Assembly (NCBI GenBank): GCA_040879175.1
Contig: JBBDKW010000018.1
Coordinates: forward strand, 1-56,388
DNA length: 56,388 nt
Reading direction: 5' to 3'
Source: Candidatus Saccharimonadales bacterium
Lineage (GTDB): Bacteria; Patescibacteriota; Saccharimonadia; Saccharimonadales; UBA10212
A model generated the notes under the pieces. The model did no database searches, was not told where the DNA came from, and saw only the letters and a program-made list of their open reading frames with translations. A program made the position numbers and the translations under genes. How positions within the stretch are numbered: position 1 is the first letter of the stretch; every line of letters starts with the position of its first letter. Positions 7,192 through 16,526 of the stretch are shown piece by piece.

Positions 7192-7273
7192 CCCAGTAGT
7201 GAGCTTTCGCGGTTATCCGCCTGCGCGGATACAGTATCGACAGAGTCGATAGTCGTGAAAGTCTACTACTGGG
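7192..7273. mobile_element. Nested-palindrome MITE-like element, copy 2 (intergenic, holB-TPR spacer)
   Basis: It has the same arms as 1060..1131 (left arm 20/20, right arm 21/22), an inner hairpin tatccgc/gcggata, and an extra palindrome tatcgac-aga-gtcgata. It is flanked by CAGAC on both sides. Confidence 0.6.
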
Positions 7274-7277
7274 CAGA

Positions 7278-8165
7278 CTAACTTTTTAGATTAAGAACCA
7301 AGCTTAGACAGATTAGCCGGGGGTTGGCGTTTTTATCAAGCGACTCAAGCGAACTCATCGTTAATTTTCTGTCGCCTGCCAGTTTTTGTGCCTGTTTTGG
7401 CCTTTTACCTAAGGCGCTGCGGTGCAGCGCCGCCAGAATCTTGGTAAGAGCTTCCAGAAGCAATCTAAGCTCTTCTTTATCCTGGCTTATTTGATCAAGA
7501 GACAACAGCCGCTCGTATTGGGTCTGTTTCAAAAAAGACTTGGCCTTTTCTATCGCCTGCTTAAGCGGATGCGAGCCTTCCTCAGCCAGAAGCGCATCTA
7601 ATAGGGCTGAACCTCCCTGGCTTAAACGCCAAGCCGATTCCATTTTCTGACGGCTAATCCGGCCGCCATAGAACCTATCCGCTTGCTGTAACGTCACCGG
7701 ATGCGCCCAGATGTGCTGGCAACGCGAAACGATTGTCGGCAGCAGGCTCAACTCGTAAGGCGCCGTCAGCAAGAACATCGTGTCTTCGTTGGGCTCTTCC
7801 AATATCTTAAGCAGGGCGTTCTGGGCTTCGGCGCTTAAATTCTGTGAATCCTCGATTAAAACAACCCGGCGGATAGCCGATTTCCCGGGAGTTCTTAAAC
7901 GTAAAAAGCGGTTAATTTCTCTTACAGTGTCGATTGATATATCCTGTTTGCCCTCGTTCTTCTTGGCGTAAAAGAAGTAGGGATGGGCTAAAAGCTGTTG
8001 CATTGACTTGAGACCCAAGGCCGAGCAGGCCAACGAGTAAACCAAGCCTCGCTTACCGCTGCCCCTCTCACCCAGAATAAGTAGCGGGCTATACGGTTTT
8101 TGCAAGAAATAATCGGCCTGTTCTTTAGTTTTAGGGTGAACTAGCAAATTGCTTAAGTCAGTCAT
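7278..8165 (-). CDS. holB: DNA polymerase III subunit delta-prime
   Basis: The 295-aa ORF has a degenerate P-loop (GERGSGKRG), NALLKILEEP and SRCQ motifs typical of clamp-loader delta-prime. Confidence 0.8.
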   Translation of the reverse strand: MTDLSNLLVHPKTKEQADYFLQKPYSPLLILGERGSGKRGLVYSLACSALGLKSMQQLLAHPYFFYAKKNEGKQDISIDTVREINRFLRLRTPGKSAIRRVVLIEDSQNLSAEAQNALLKILEEPNEDTMFLLTAPYELSLLPTIVSRCQHIWAHPVTLQQADRFYGGRISRQKMESAWRLSQGGSALLDALLAEEGSHPLKQAIEKAKSFLKQTQYERLLSLDQISQDKEELRLLLEALTKILAALHRSALGKRPKQAQKLAGDRKLTMSSLESLDKNANPRLICLSLVLNLKS

Positions 8166-9042
8166 TGCCTAAAAAATCCTTAAACGATCGAGGAGCGGGC
8201 GCAGTAAATGTCTTTTTCTGCCCATTGGGCATCGTTAGTTCGAGTTTTTGCGAATACAGCAACATCTTAGGGTCGCCGTGTCCGTATAGCCGGTCGCCGA
8301 CAACCGGATGGCCGATATAAGCCAAGTGAACGCGTATCTGGTGTGTACGGCCGCTAAGCGGCTTTAGTTCAAGTAGCGAAAAATCTTTCCCATCATTGGC
8401 GATTTTTTTGAGGATCTTGTACCTAGTCTGGGCCGGCCGGCCGCCGGACGAAACTTTGAAAGTTTGAGGCCTCTTGGGGTTACGGCCGATTGGAGCATCA
8501 ATAATTGCCTCTTTCGGCTCGGGAACACCTTCGATCACCGCCAAATAAATCTTTTTGGCCTTTCTGCCTGAGAACTGCTTTTGTAGCCACTCAAGTGCTT
8601 TCAAATTTCGGCCGCAAATGATAACCCCGCTGGTTGCCCGGTCCAACCGGTGCACAATACCGGCGCGATTACCTGTTAGCTGCTTGTCATTTATTTTTCC
8701 GCTGATGAAGGATGCTACCGTTGGCTCGAGGTTCAAAGCCCCATTACTGTGCGTTAGAATGCCTGCCGGTTTGTTGATTACGACGACGTCGTCATCTTCG
8801 TATATTACCGGTAGATTTATGGACTTGGGCTGGCTCACAAAGTATTGCTCATTAATTGAGACTTTGTCGCCGAATCTTAGCTTGTAGCCAGGCTTGGTTT
8901 CTTTACCGTTCACCTTAACACTGTGACGGTCAAAGAGTGATTTTAGTGACGAGCGGGCGAACTGCGGATATTTAGCCGCAATGAATACATCCGCCCGGGT
9001 GCCAACCGATGACCTATTAGTCTTAAATTGCTGAATAGACAT
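8158..9042 (-). CDS. RluA-family 23S rRNA pseudouridine synthase (RluD-like, with S4 domain)
   Basis: Motifs HRLDRATSGV and RTHQIRVHL are present. I chose the ATG at 9042; the track's longer ORF starts at a TTG at 9078 that overlaps trpS. Confidence 0.8.
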   Translation of the reverse strand: MSIQQFKTNRSSVGTRADVFIAAKYPQFARSSLKSLFDRHSVKVNGKETKPGYKLRFGDKVSINEQYFVSQPKSINLPVIYEDDDVVVINKPAGILTHSNGALNLEPTVASFISGKINDKQLTGNRAGIVHRLDRATSGVIICGRNLKALEWLQKQFSGRKAKKIYLAVIEGVPEPKEAIIDAPIGRNPKRPQTFKVSSGGRPAQTRYKILKKIANDGKDFSLLELKPLSGRTHQIRVHLAYIGHPVVGDRLYGHGDPKMLLYSQKLELTMPNGQKKTFTAPAPRSFKDFLGND

Positions 9043-9055
9043 AGTCAGTTCGGAT

Positions 9056-10087
9056 CTAGGTGGCAGGGCGTAGACCAACAGCTTTTTGGACCTTAAGAAG
9101 CGTCTCTTGAGCCACGTTACTTATCGCCGCTTCATCCTCTTCCAGCTTTATCATCAGCTGCTCGGTATTAACTTGGGACAGTTTTGACTGCAGGCCAGCT
9201 AAAAATTCTTTGACTAAAGCGGCGGTCTCCGATTTTAGCTGGCTGTAGCTTGATTGACCCTCCCAGCGTTGATTGACCTCTGTTTGAGGTTTATCGCTCA
9301 GCAAGGCAATTATTTGTAATAGATTAGTGACGCCCGGCTGGTTCTGCCAATCATACTTGATGCTAGCCAGCGAATCAGTTGTGGCAGAAATGACTTTTGA
9401 AGCTGCCTCATCGGGGTTATCGCTCAGCATAATCGTGCCGGCTGGATCTTCTATAGACTTACTCATTTTCTTGTCGGGGTTGCGCAAACTGCGGATTCTA
9501 ACCGGCTCAGTAGTACCGACAAATTCGGCCTGCTCTTTAATAGTTGCTGGAACATTAAACAAGTTGCCGAACTTGTTATTTAGGCGTATTGCCAAATCAC
9601 GGGTAAATTCCAGATGTTGGCGCTGGTCGTCACCAACCGGCACCCACTTAGCACCATAAAGAAGAATATCGGCGGCCATCAGGACCGGATAGTTGAAGAG
9701 TCCAACGCTAATGATGGACTGGTCGGCGCTCTTCTCCTTGAATTCGGCCATCCGCGACAGCTCGCCGAAATAGGAAAAACAGTCCAAAATCCAGGTCATT
9801 TCAGAATGGGGCGGGATGTAGCTCTGCCGATAGATAAAGGTGTCTGGTTGCTCAATATCCAGCCCGGCTGCAACGAATACTTTCAGGTTTTCGATGCTCT
9901 GCTCATAGAGTTTTCCGTGTTCAACAGGGGTTGTAAAGCTATGCAAGTCCGGAATAAACATATTGAGCTGGTACCGCCCGGCGTGCTTATTCTGGAGTTC
10001 AACCATCGGTAGAATGGCGCCCAGATAATTGCCGAAGTGGAACTCGGCGTTGGAGCGCAAACCGGTTAAAACAACCTCTTTAGCCAT
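9056..10087 (-). CDS. trpS: Tryptophan--tRNA ligase
   Basis: The 343-aa class I synthetase has a HIGH-like FHFGNYLGA and a KMSKS motif. Confidence 0.9.
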   Translation of the reverse strand: MAKEVVLTGLRSNAEFHFGNYLGAILPMVELQNKHAGRYQLNMFIPDLHSFTTPVEHGKLYEQSIENLKVFVAAGLDIEQPDTFIYRQSYIPPHSEMTWILDCFSYFGELSRMAEFKEKSADQSIISVGLFNYPVLMAADILLYGAKWVPVGDDQRQHLEFTRDLAIRLNNKFGNLFNVPATIKEQAEFVGTTEPVRIRSLRNPDKKMSKSIEDPAGTIMLSDNPDEAASKVISATTDSLASIKYDWQNQPGVTNLLQIIALLSDKPQTEVNQRWEGQSSYSQLKSETAALVKEFLAGLQSKLSQVNTEQLMIKLEEDEAAISNVAQETLLKVQKAVGLRPAT

Positions 10088-10237
10088 TTGAATCTATTTT
10101 ACATTTTTCGTTTAATATTTAACATTGATTTTTTCATTTTAATCATTGGTTTTTCCGCAGAAATGACTAAATGTCAGCTGTTAGATAAATGTGTAATGTA
10201 AAATGTAAAATGCCAAATACTTAACTTGTTAGGTATT
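10088..10237. repeat. AT-rich mirrored array of CATT/AATG heptamer units (array A), ending in the rpsI terminator hairpin
   Basis: The left half has CATT units and the right half AATG units, with AATG starting at 10188, 10195, 10202 and 10209. The hairpin aaatacttaac/gttaggtattt lies at 10215..10238. Confidence 0.7.
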
Positions 10238-10639
10238 TTATCGTTTGCTGTACTGTTGTTTTTTACGGGCGCCGCGCAGGCCGAATTTTTTGCGTTCTTT
10301 TTCGCGAGGATCACGCCCGAGTAAGCCTGTCCTTCTAAGAGTGCCTCGAAAGTCACCATTAAGCTCAATTAGTGCTTTAGATATTCCTAACCTGATGGCG
10401 TCAACCTGGCTGGCGTGCCCACCGCCGTTTACCTTGACGCTGATAGTATATTTCTCAGGATCAAGCTCGAGTGTATTAAAGGGTTTGAGCAGCTCGTGTT
10501 GGAGATATTTACTGCCAGCGAAATAGTCACTCAACGGCTTGTCGTTGATAGTAAAACTTCCCTTCCCGCCGCTTATGCGCACCCGGGCTGTGGAGCTCTT
10601 TCGCCTGCCCAATCCGTAAAAGTAACTGTTTGAGCTCAT
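10238..10639 (-). CDS. rpsI: 30S ribosomal protein S9
   Basis: The 133-aa ORF starts YGLGRRKSSTARVRI and ends with the KKQQYSKR tail typical of S9. Confidence 0.97.
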   Translation of the reverse strand: MSSNSYFYGLGRRKSSTARVRISGGKGSFTINDKPLSDYFAGSKYLQHELLKPFNTLELDPEKYTISVKVNGGGHASQVDAIRLGISKALIELNGDFRGTLRRTGLLGRDPREKERKKFGLRGARKKQQYSKR

Positions 10640-10642
10640 AGA

Positions 10643-11089
10643 CTACTTATTACCCCTTTCACTCATCGATACAGGCTCAGGGTTCTGGCCGGCGTGCGGG
10701 TGCTCGCTGCCGGGGTAGATTTTCAACCTGCCCAGCCGGCTTTTTCGCAGTTTATTATCGGGTAACATTCCTCTAACTGCCTGCCAGATAATTTTTGCTG
10801 AATTCTCGGCTGCCAAGTCTTTGAGTGATTTTTCTCGCAGGCCGCCAGGATAGCCACTGTGCCGGCGATAAAGCTTCCCCAGAGTCTTATTACCTGTAAT
10901 CACTAACTTATCACTGTTAATGACGATTACGAAGTCCCCGGAATCTAAATGCGCTGACTGAGTAACCTTGTGTTTGCCGATCAGTAAGCTCGCGGCTGTG
11001 GTGGCTACTCGCCCCATAGGCGCTTCTGAGGCATCGATCAAATGCCATTTTCGGGCAATTAGTTTGGGTATTAGGCTGAAAGTTCTCAT
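10643..11089 (-). CDS. rplM: 50S ribosomal protein L13
   Basis: The 148-aa ORF contains KWHLIDASEAPMGRVATTAASLLIGKHK. Its start overlaps the rplQ stop by 1 nt. Confidence 0.97.
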   Translation of the reverse strand: MRTFSLIPKLIARKWHLIDASEAPMGRVATTAASLLIGKHKVTQSAHLDSGDFVIVINSDKLVITGNKTLGKLYRRHSGYPGGLREKSLKDLAAENSAKIIWQAVRGMLPDNKLRKSRLGRLKIYPGSEHPHAGQNPEPVSMSERGNK

Positions 11090-11634
11090 TATCTGTTGCC
11101 TCTAACACCGGCGCGCTTCGGCGCCTGCGTCGTTATTTTCGGTTGAATCTTACTTTCGCCGTCCTTAATAGCCTGCGGTGTCGGTTTGGTTTGGGCTTTT
11201 GAAGCCTTATCCTCTTGTTTCTCGGTGGCCTGAGTTTCTTGATCTTTTTGCGACTTTTTCGCAGTCTTTAGATTATCAACGAAACTGATTTTGGCCATTT
11301 GGGCATTATCGCCGCGCCTGGCGGCCAGTCTCTCGACACGGAAATAGCCACTTGGCCGGGCTGCCAGCTTTGGTGCAATTTCATCAACCAGTTTGTGTGC
11401 CGCCGCAACAGTATTCAGCCCTGAGAGCACTATTCGCCTGCTATGTAAGCTATCCTTGCCTTTTTTGGCCTGGCTGATTAACTTTTCGGTGTGACGGGCT
11501 ACAGCTTTGGCCTTGGGCAATGTTGTTTCAATGGCCTCCTCCAGAATCAACGATTCTGAAAGCGATTGTAGCAATGCCCTTCGCTGCGAGCGTGGTCGTC
11601 CGAACTTGGCAACATTTGATTTACTTTTGTGCAT
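11089..11634 (-). CDS. rplQ: 50S ribosomal protein L17 with a ~60-aa Lys/Gln/Thr-rich C-terminal tail
   Basis: The 181-aa ORF has an L17 core (RSQRRALLQSLSESLILEEAIETTLPKAKA). It follows rpoA. Confidence 0.95.
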   Translation of the reverse strand: MHKSKSNVAKFGRPRSQRRALLQSLSESLILEEAIETTLPKAKAVARHTEKLISQAKKGKDSLHSRRIVLSGLNTVAAAHKLVDEIAPKLAARPSGYFRVERLAARRGDNAQMAKISFVDNLKTAKKSQKDQETQATEKQEDKASKAQTKPTPQAIKDGESKIQPKITTQAPKRAGVRGNR

Positions 11635-11643
11635 AACTATAGC

Positions 11644-12591
11644 CTAAAGCTCCAGTTCGGCCATTTTCTCCTTGACTTCCTCTAAGGCCTTATTACCGAA
11701 GCCCTTCAAATCACGAAGCTCTGCTTCGCTCAGAGACAACAAGTCCTTAATGGTATGGATGTCGTTGTTAATTAAAGCGTTAGTGGTTCGGGCGCTGAGA
11801 TTAAGATCCTCTATTGATGTCATCAGTTCCGCCGGCTCTTCCGAATCCTCGCTGACTTCGCCGGCATCGCCGCTATCTGTTAACGCACCGGCTGTCTCTA
11901 CTCGCGTCTGGCCGGCCAGTGCCGAGTATTGACTGACAAGTATGGCGGCGGCTTCTTCAAAGGCATCGCGCGGCGTGATTGATCCGTCGGTGGTAACTGT
12001 CAAGAGTAGCCTGTCCAAATCGGTGATTTGACCAACGCGCGTATTCTCAACCTTGTAGCGGACACGCAGGACAGGGGTGAACAAAGCGTCAAGCGCGATC
12101 ATATCGCTGATTTTTCGACCGGCTCCACGTTCATCAAGTGCGCGGTAGCCGCGCCCGGCTTCGACCATAATTTCTATATTCAATGATGCTTTAGGGTCGT
12201 CGATAGTGCAGATTAGTTGATCCGGGTTGACGAGCTCCACATCGGCATTCAATGCAAGGCCTTTAGCCCGGACCGCTCCCTTGCCTTTTTTGGATAGGCT
12301 TAAGGTCTGCGGCTCATCGGAATAAACCTTAAAACGAATCTGTTTAAGGTTGAGTATTATGGCCACTACATCTTCTTTAATGCCGGGTATGGCGGTGAAC
12401 TCGTGGCTAATGCCATCAATGCGAAAACCGGTTACCGACGCACCGCCGATACTGGATAGTAGTACGCGCCTTAGGCTGTTGCCAAGCGTCATTCCATAGC
12501 CGCTCTGTAGCGGCTCGACGACGAACGTCGCCGTCCGCTCATCGTGGTCTTTGACGGAAGATAGGGTTGGGGTGTGAATTGCTTTGCTCAT
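11644..12591 (-). CDS. rpoA: DNA-directed RNA polymerase subunit alpha
   Basis: The 315-aa ORF has an N-terminal domain (FVVEPLQSGYGMTLGNSLRRVLLSS) and a C-terminal HhH domain (LNLSARTTNALINNDIHTIKDL). Confidence 0.97.
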   Translation of the reverse strand: MSKAIHTPTLSSVKDHDERTATFVVEPLQSGYGMTLGNSLRRVLLSSIGGASVTGFRIDGISHEFTAIPGIKEDVVAIILNLKQIRFKVYSDEPQTLSLSKKGKGAVRAKGLALNADVELVNPDQLICTIDDPKASLNIEIMVEAGRGYRALDERGAGRKISDMIALDALFTPVLRVRYKVENTRVGQITDLDRLLLTVTTDGSITPRDAFEEAAAILVSQYSALAGQTRVETAGALTDSGDAGEVSEDSEEPAELMTSIEDLNLSARTTNALINNDIHTIKDLLSLSEAELRDLKGFGNKALEEVKEKMAELEL

Positions 12592-12611
12592 TATAGTTAA
12601 CTTATGCCTCC

Positions 12612-13229
12612 TTAACGTGAATAATATTCGACAATTAGTTGCTCTTTGATATCGGGTTCGGCATCCTCGCGTGTCGGAAATGCCGAAACCGCAATTTCCA
12701 ATTTCTTACGATTGACTTTCAACCAACCGGGAATCTCGGCCGGAGCCGGGCTCAAATCATCTAGATGCTTGAAGTACTCAGAGTTGCGGCTGCTGTCTTT
12801 AAGCAGAATTATGTCGCCAATGGCCGTGCGCATAGATGGAACATCGACTCGCCGGCCGTTTAGCATAAAATGCCCGTGCGTTGCCAGTTGGCGAGCGGCC
12901 CGGCGTGACGGCGCGAGACCAGCCCGGTAAATGACATTATCCAGCCTTCTTTCTAGAAACTCTAGAAGCCTCTCGCCTGATTGGCCCTTGGCTCGCAAAG
13001 CCTCGGTCATCAATCTGGTAAAAGGCCGCTCCAGCAAGCCATACAGCCTTTTAACCTTCTGTTTCTCCCTAAGCTGAAGGGCGTACTGGCTGGCCTTGGG
13101 TCGTCGCATAGCACGGCCATGCTGACCGGGTATAGTCGAGCGCTTTACTAATGCCTTATGAGCCTTAGGGTGTAGTGCGTAGCTTTCGCGGCGCGAGCGT
13201 TTAACTATCGGTTGTAGATCTCTGGCCAT
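12612..13229 (-). CDS. rpsD: 30S ribosomal protein S4
   Basis: The 205-aa ORF contains QLREKQKVKRLYGLLERPF and an S4 RNA-binding domain. Confidence 0.97.
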   Translation of the reverse strand: MARDLQPIVKRSRRESYALHPKAHKALVKRSTIPGQHGRAMRRPKASQYALQLREKQKVKRLYGLLERPFTRLMTEALRAKGQSGERLLEFLERRLDNVIYRAGLAPSRRAARQLATHGHFMLNGRRVDVPSMRTAIGDIILLKDSSRNSEYFKHLDDLSPAPAEIPGWLKVNRKKLEIAVSAFPTREDAEPDIKEQLIVEYYSR

Positions 13230-13238
13230 AATCTATCT

Positions 13239-13697
13239 TTAATTCCTCTTGGGGCGGCGCGGCCGTACCCCGCCGTGGGGAACGGTCGTTATATCCTTAA
13301 TACTATCGATGCTGACGTTCTGGCCAGCGAGTGTGCGGATGGCAGCTTCGCGCCCCATACCTACCCCCTTGACAATGACATCAACTTTATTAACTCCGTA
13401 AGACTGCTTGGCACTGGTGATGGCCTTCTCGGCCGCAATCTGGGCGGCGTAGGCGGTTCCCTTTTTTGATCCCCTAAACCCACTACTGCCGGCACTGGCG
13501 GTTGTTAAAACGTTGCCCTTGTTATCTGTTACGCTGATAATCGTATTATTGAAGGTAGCCAGCACGTGTATTTGGCCGTGGCTAACGTCGCGGCGGGCCT
13601 TTTTCTTTCGCGCCTTAGGCTTTTTGGCAACAACTTCCTCTTCGGCTGTCGGTGCAGTCGTTTCTTGTGGTACTTCTTTAGCTAAATCGTCTGCCAT
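13239..13697 (-). CDS. rpsK: 30S ribosomal protein S11 with an acidic/basic N-terminal extension
   Basis: The 152-aa ORF has the S11 core GQIHVLATFNNTIISVTDNKGNVLTTASAGSSGFRGSKKGT. Confidence 0.97.
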   Translation of the reverse strand: MADDLAKEVPQETTAPTAEEEVVAKKPKARKKKARRDVSHGQIHVLATFNNTIISVTDNKGNVLTTASAGSSGFRGSKKGTAYAAQIAAEKAITSAKQSYGVNKVDVIVKGVGMGREAAIRTLAGQNVSIDSIKDITTVPHGGVRPRRPKRN

Positions 13698-13706
13698 ATC
13701 GTCTTC

Positions 13707-14093
13707 CTATGTCTTAGTCGGAGCTTTCTTGGCTGTGCCGCCGACGGTTACCCGCTTGCCTCGCTTGGTGCGGGCATTAGTACGTGTACGCTGGCCTCTT
13801 ACGGGCAAGTTGGCCTTGTGGCGCAGCCCGCGATACGAATTAATATCGCGCAGTCGTTTGATATTGTCTGTGACGCCCCTTTGTAGATCGCCTTCGACCG
13901 AATATTGAGCGGTAATAACATCTTGAATTTTGGAAATTTCGCTGTCTGTCAGATCTTTGACTCGGACTGTCGGCTCTATTGAGGCCGCTCGTAGTATTTC
14001 GTAACTGGTCTTGGGCCCAATTCCGTAAATATAGGTCAGCGAAACCCATACCTGTTTGTTATCCGGAATATTAACTCCTGTTATCCGCGCCAT
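13707..14093 (-). CDS. rpsM: 30S ribosomal protein S13
   Basis: The 128-aa ORF starts [26 protein letters not shown]. Confidence 0.97.
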   Translation of the reverse strand: MARITGVNIPDNKQVWVSLTYIYGIGPKTSYEILRAASIEPTVRVKDLTDSEISKIQDVITAQYSVEGDLQRGVTDNIKRLRDINSYRGLRHKANLPVRGQRTRTNARTKRGKRVTVGGTAKKAPTKT

Positions 14094-14096
14094 ATC

Positions 14097-14213
14097 CTAG
14101 CCTTGCCTCTGTTTGTGCTTCGGCTTTTGTTTATTGATAACGTATAACCGCCCCTTACGACGGACTATCTTGTCATCCGGGCTGATTTTCTTGACCGATG
14201 CCCGCACTTTCAT
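14097..14213 (-). CDS. rpmJ: 50S ribosomal protein L36 (38 aa; below the ORF-track length cutoff)
   Basis: My own translation gives [38 protein letters not shown]. It sits between infA and rpsM as in most bacteria. Confidence 0.9.
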   Translation of the reverse strand: MKVRASVKKISPDDKIVRRKGRLYVINKQKPKHKQRQG

Positions 14214-14252
14214 TAAGGTTTCTCTCCTTATCCTCTGATTAACGAACTTGGT

Positions 14253-14474
14253 TTAACTTTCGCGGTAGGTTATCCGACCCTTCGTCAGATCGTAAGGCGT
14301 CAACTCAACCTTTACGCTGTCGCCTGGCACCAAGCGGATGTAGTTTTTACGCATCCGGCCGGCGACGTGAGCTATTATTATGTGGCCGTTCTCGAGCTCA
14401 ACCCTAAACTGTGTACCCGGAAGTGCTTCCACAATAGTACCAGTCAGTTCGATAACCTCTTTACTCTCGGCCAT
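14253..14474 (-). CDS. infA: Translation initiation factor IF-1
   Basis: The 73-aa ORF contains [41 protein letters not shown]. Confidence 0.97.
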   Translation of the reverse strand: MAESKEVIELTGTIVEALPGTQFRVELENGHIIIAHVAGRMRKNYIRLVPGDSVKVELTPYDLTKGRITYRES

Positions 14475-14522
14475 AAATATAACCTGATCATATTAGCACA
14501 GCGCTATAGATGTTGTAAAGAG

Positions 14523-16052
14523 TTATTTCTGGCGGCGTCTAGTGGGAATAAAGCGCAGTACACGCTTGCTTCTGGCGGCTTCGGCCTTAGCCGATGGTGA
14601 AAGTTCATAAAAGTAGTCGGGCTGCTCATATTGGTCATAGGTAATCATCAGTGCCCGCGACTCAACTTGGCGCATCGTCTCCAGAGAGACTGACACCAAA
14701 ATCAGTATGCTCGTGCCGCCGATAGCGATATTGGGGTTAACATAAACTTGGCCGACTATCGGCATTACCGCCAAGAGGCCGAGGGCTGTCGCGCCAAAAA
14801 GGGTTAGCCGGTTAACCGTTTTACTTAGGTATTTCTGCGTCTGGAGGCCGGAGCGTACATTGGCAATGAAACCTCCTTGTTTTTGCAGGTTCTCGGCAAT
14901 GTCTTTAGAGTTGAACGTCACGCTGGTATAGAAATACGTAAATATGAATACCAAAAAGAAGTACGTTATCGGGTATATCCATGGCTTCCAGCCGCCGACG
15001 GCAAATGTAGCCGGCCCCGGATTCTGGAACAGTTCGCTTAGAGTAACACCAAATCTTTCCCAGCCTGTTTGGGCGATTGCCTGAACACCTTGGCCGTGGG
15101 TTAAAAGCTGGCCGGCAAAGCTAGGAACTGAAAGAAAGGCTAAGGCAAAGATAATTGGAATAACTCCGGCGGTAATTAATTTTACCGGCAGAGTGGTAGT
15201 CACGCCGCCGTAAGTGCGGTTGCCTTGCACGCGCTTGGCATAATTGACAGTTAGGCGGCGCGAGGCTTCGTTAAGCTTAACCACGGCCCAGATTACAAAA
15301 ACGGTTACTGCCGCTACGATACCGATGATTATTAATCCCCGCTTGCTGAAGTCATGGCCAAGCAGAGTTAGCTTATCTGCATTAGCGAAAGACGAGTTCC
15401 AGGTCGTACTGGAAGCCAATTGGGTGATAAGCGACGGCAGGCCGGCAACGATGCCGACAGTAATGAGAAGCGAAATACCATTGCCGATAGAACGCTCGGT
15501 AATCAATTCGCCCAGCCACATCAGGACCATGGCTCCGCCTGTAAGAGCGGCTATCATCAACATCCACTGAATAGGAGAGGTGTTAGCTGTAATATCGCCA
15601 ATACCCCCCAAACTCTGAGCTTGCTGCCGAATCAGATAGACCATGCCGATTGACTGGATAATAGCCAGAGGGAAGGTCAGCATTCTGGTGTATTGATTAA
15701 TCTTTTTACGACCGTATTCACCTTCATCCTTATGCATCTTTTCCAAACGCGGGATGGCTTTGGTCAGTAGCTGCATAATAATCGAGGCGTTAATGTATGG
15801 AATTAAACCTACAAGCACAATTGAAAAATTCGCCAGTGCCCCGCCCGAGAGAACGTTAAGAAATCCCAACAGGTTATTAGAGCCGGTTTGAGTGTAGAGA
15901 TTCTCTAGGACTTGTTTTAGGGTTTGCGGGTCAGCCAGCGGCACGGGTATGTGAGACAAAATACGGAAGACTAGCAACATACCGAGCACTGCCAAGATAC
16001 GGCCTCGCATCTCTTTATGGCCGAGCGACTTTAGAATTATTCCCCAGTTCAT
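14523..16052 (-). CDS. secY: Preprotein translocase subunit SecY (long form, 509 aa, with insertions and a basic C-terminal tail)
   Basis: This multi-TM protein follows rplO. It has an N-terminal RILAVLGMLLVFRILSHIPVP and ends near EQPDYFYEL...RRRQK. Confidence 0.95.
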   Translation of the reverse strand: MNWGIILKSLGHKEMRGRILAVLGMLLVFRILSHIPVPLADPQTLKQVLENLYTQTGSNNLLGFLNVLSGGALANFSIVLVGLIPYINASIIMQLLTKAIPRLEKMHKDEGEYGRKKINQYTRMLTFPLAIIQSIGMVYLIRQQAQSLGGIGDITANTSPIQWMLMIAALTGGAMVLMWLGELITERSIGNGISLLITVGIVAGLPSLITQLASSTTWNSSFANADKLTLLGHDFSKRGLIIIGIVAAVTVFVIWAVVKLNEASRRLTVNYAKRVQGNRTYGGVTTTLPVKLITAGVIPIIFALAFLSVPSFAGQLLTHGQGVQAIAQTGWERFGVTLSELFQNPGPATFAVGGWKPWIYPITYFFLVFIFTYFYTSVTFNSKDIAENLQKQGGFIANVRSGLQTQKYLSKTVNRLTLFGATALGLLAVMPIVGQVYVNPNIAIGGTSILILVSVSLETMRQVESRALMITYDQYEQPDYFYELSPSAKAEAARSKRVLRFIPTRRRQK

Positions 16053-16087
16053 GCGGTTAACGCCATATGTAACACCCCTTAGTGCAT

Positions 16088-16525
16088 TTACTTAATTTTA
16101 TCACTTACCTTGGAGGGTCGGGCGTGGCGGTCGATTTTGGTAAAGCTGCCGCCGGCTTTTTTGAGAGCCGCTTGAGCCGCGGAGCTGGCTGCCTGTAGCT
16201 TAACGTCTTTTTTGGATTTCAAATCACCCTTCAGGACAAGTTTGACGCTGTTGTAAGGGTTACTGATCAGCCCGGCCTCGAATAATGCCTGATTATCAAG
16301 GACGGTTTTGCGAATCACCTCGAGCTGGCCGGTGTAAACAACTTCGGCTTTCGGCTTGTGGCTTTTAAAGCCCCTCAGGTGCGGCAGTCTCATATAAAGC
16401 GGCATTTGGCCGCCCTCAAACCCGGGCCGTACACCGCCGCTCTTACGCGCTCCTTGACCTTTAGTGCCCCTTCCGGACCGCTTGGCCTTGCGCTGCTTCG
16501 ATAAAACAAGCTCGTTATACTTCAT
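16088..16525 (-). CDS. rplO: 50S ribosomal protein L15
   Basis: The 145-aa ORF contains RSGRGTKGQGARKSGGVRPGFEGGQMPLYMRLP. Confidence 0.97.
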   Translation of the reverse strand: MKYNELVLSKQRKAKRSGRGTKGQGARKSGGVRPGFEGGQMPLYMRLPHLRGFKSHKPKAEVVYTGQLEVIRKTVLDNQALFEAGLISNPYNSVKLVLKGDLKSKKDVKLQAASSAAQAALKKAGGSFTKIDRHARPSKVSDKIK

Positions 16526-16526
16526 C

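Noticed and set aside
10088-10237. Heptamer arrays (also at 22378, 30081, 44575 and 55111) considered as CRISPR or minisatellite loci.
   Set aside because: The units are 7-8 nt and degenerate, with no spacers of unique sequence, so they are not CRISPR. They are reported instead as a distinct repeat family.
14253-14285. The infA 3' end (ctttcgcggtaggttatccg) resembles the inner part of the palindromic element (ctttcgcggttatccgc).
   Set aside because: The match is short, lacks the element's arms, and encodes the conserved IF-1 C-terminus (KGRITYRES). It is most likely coincidence.
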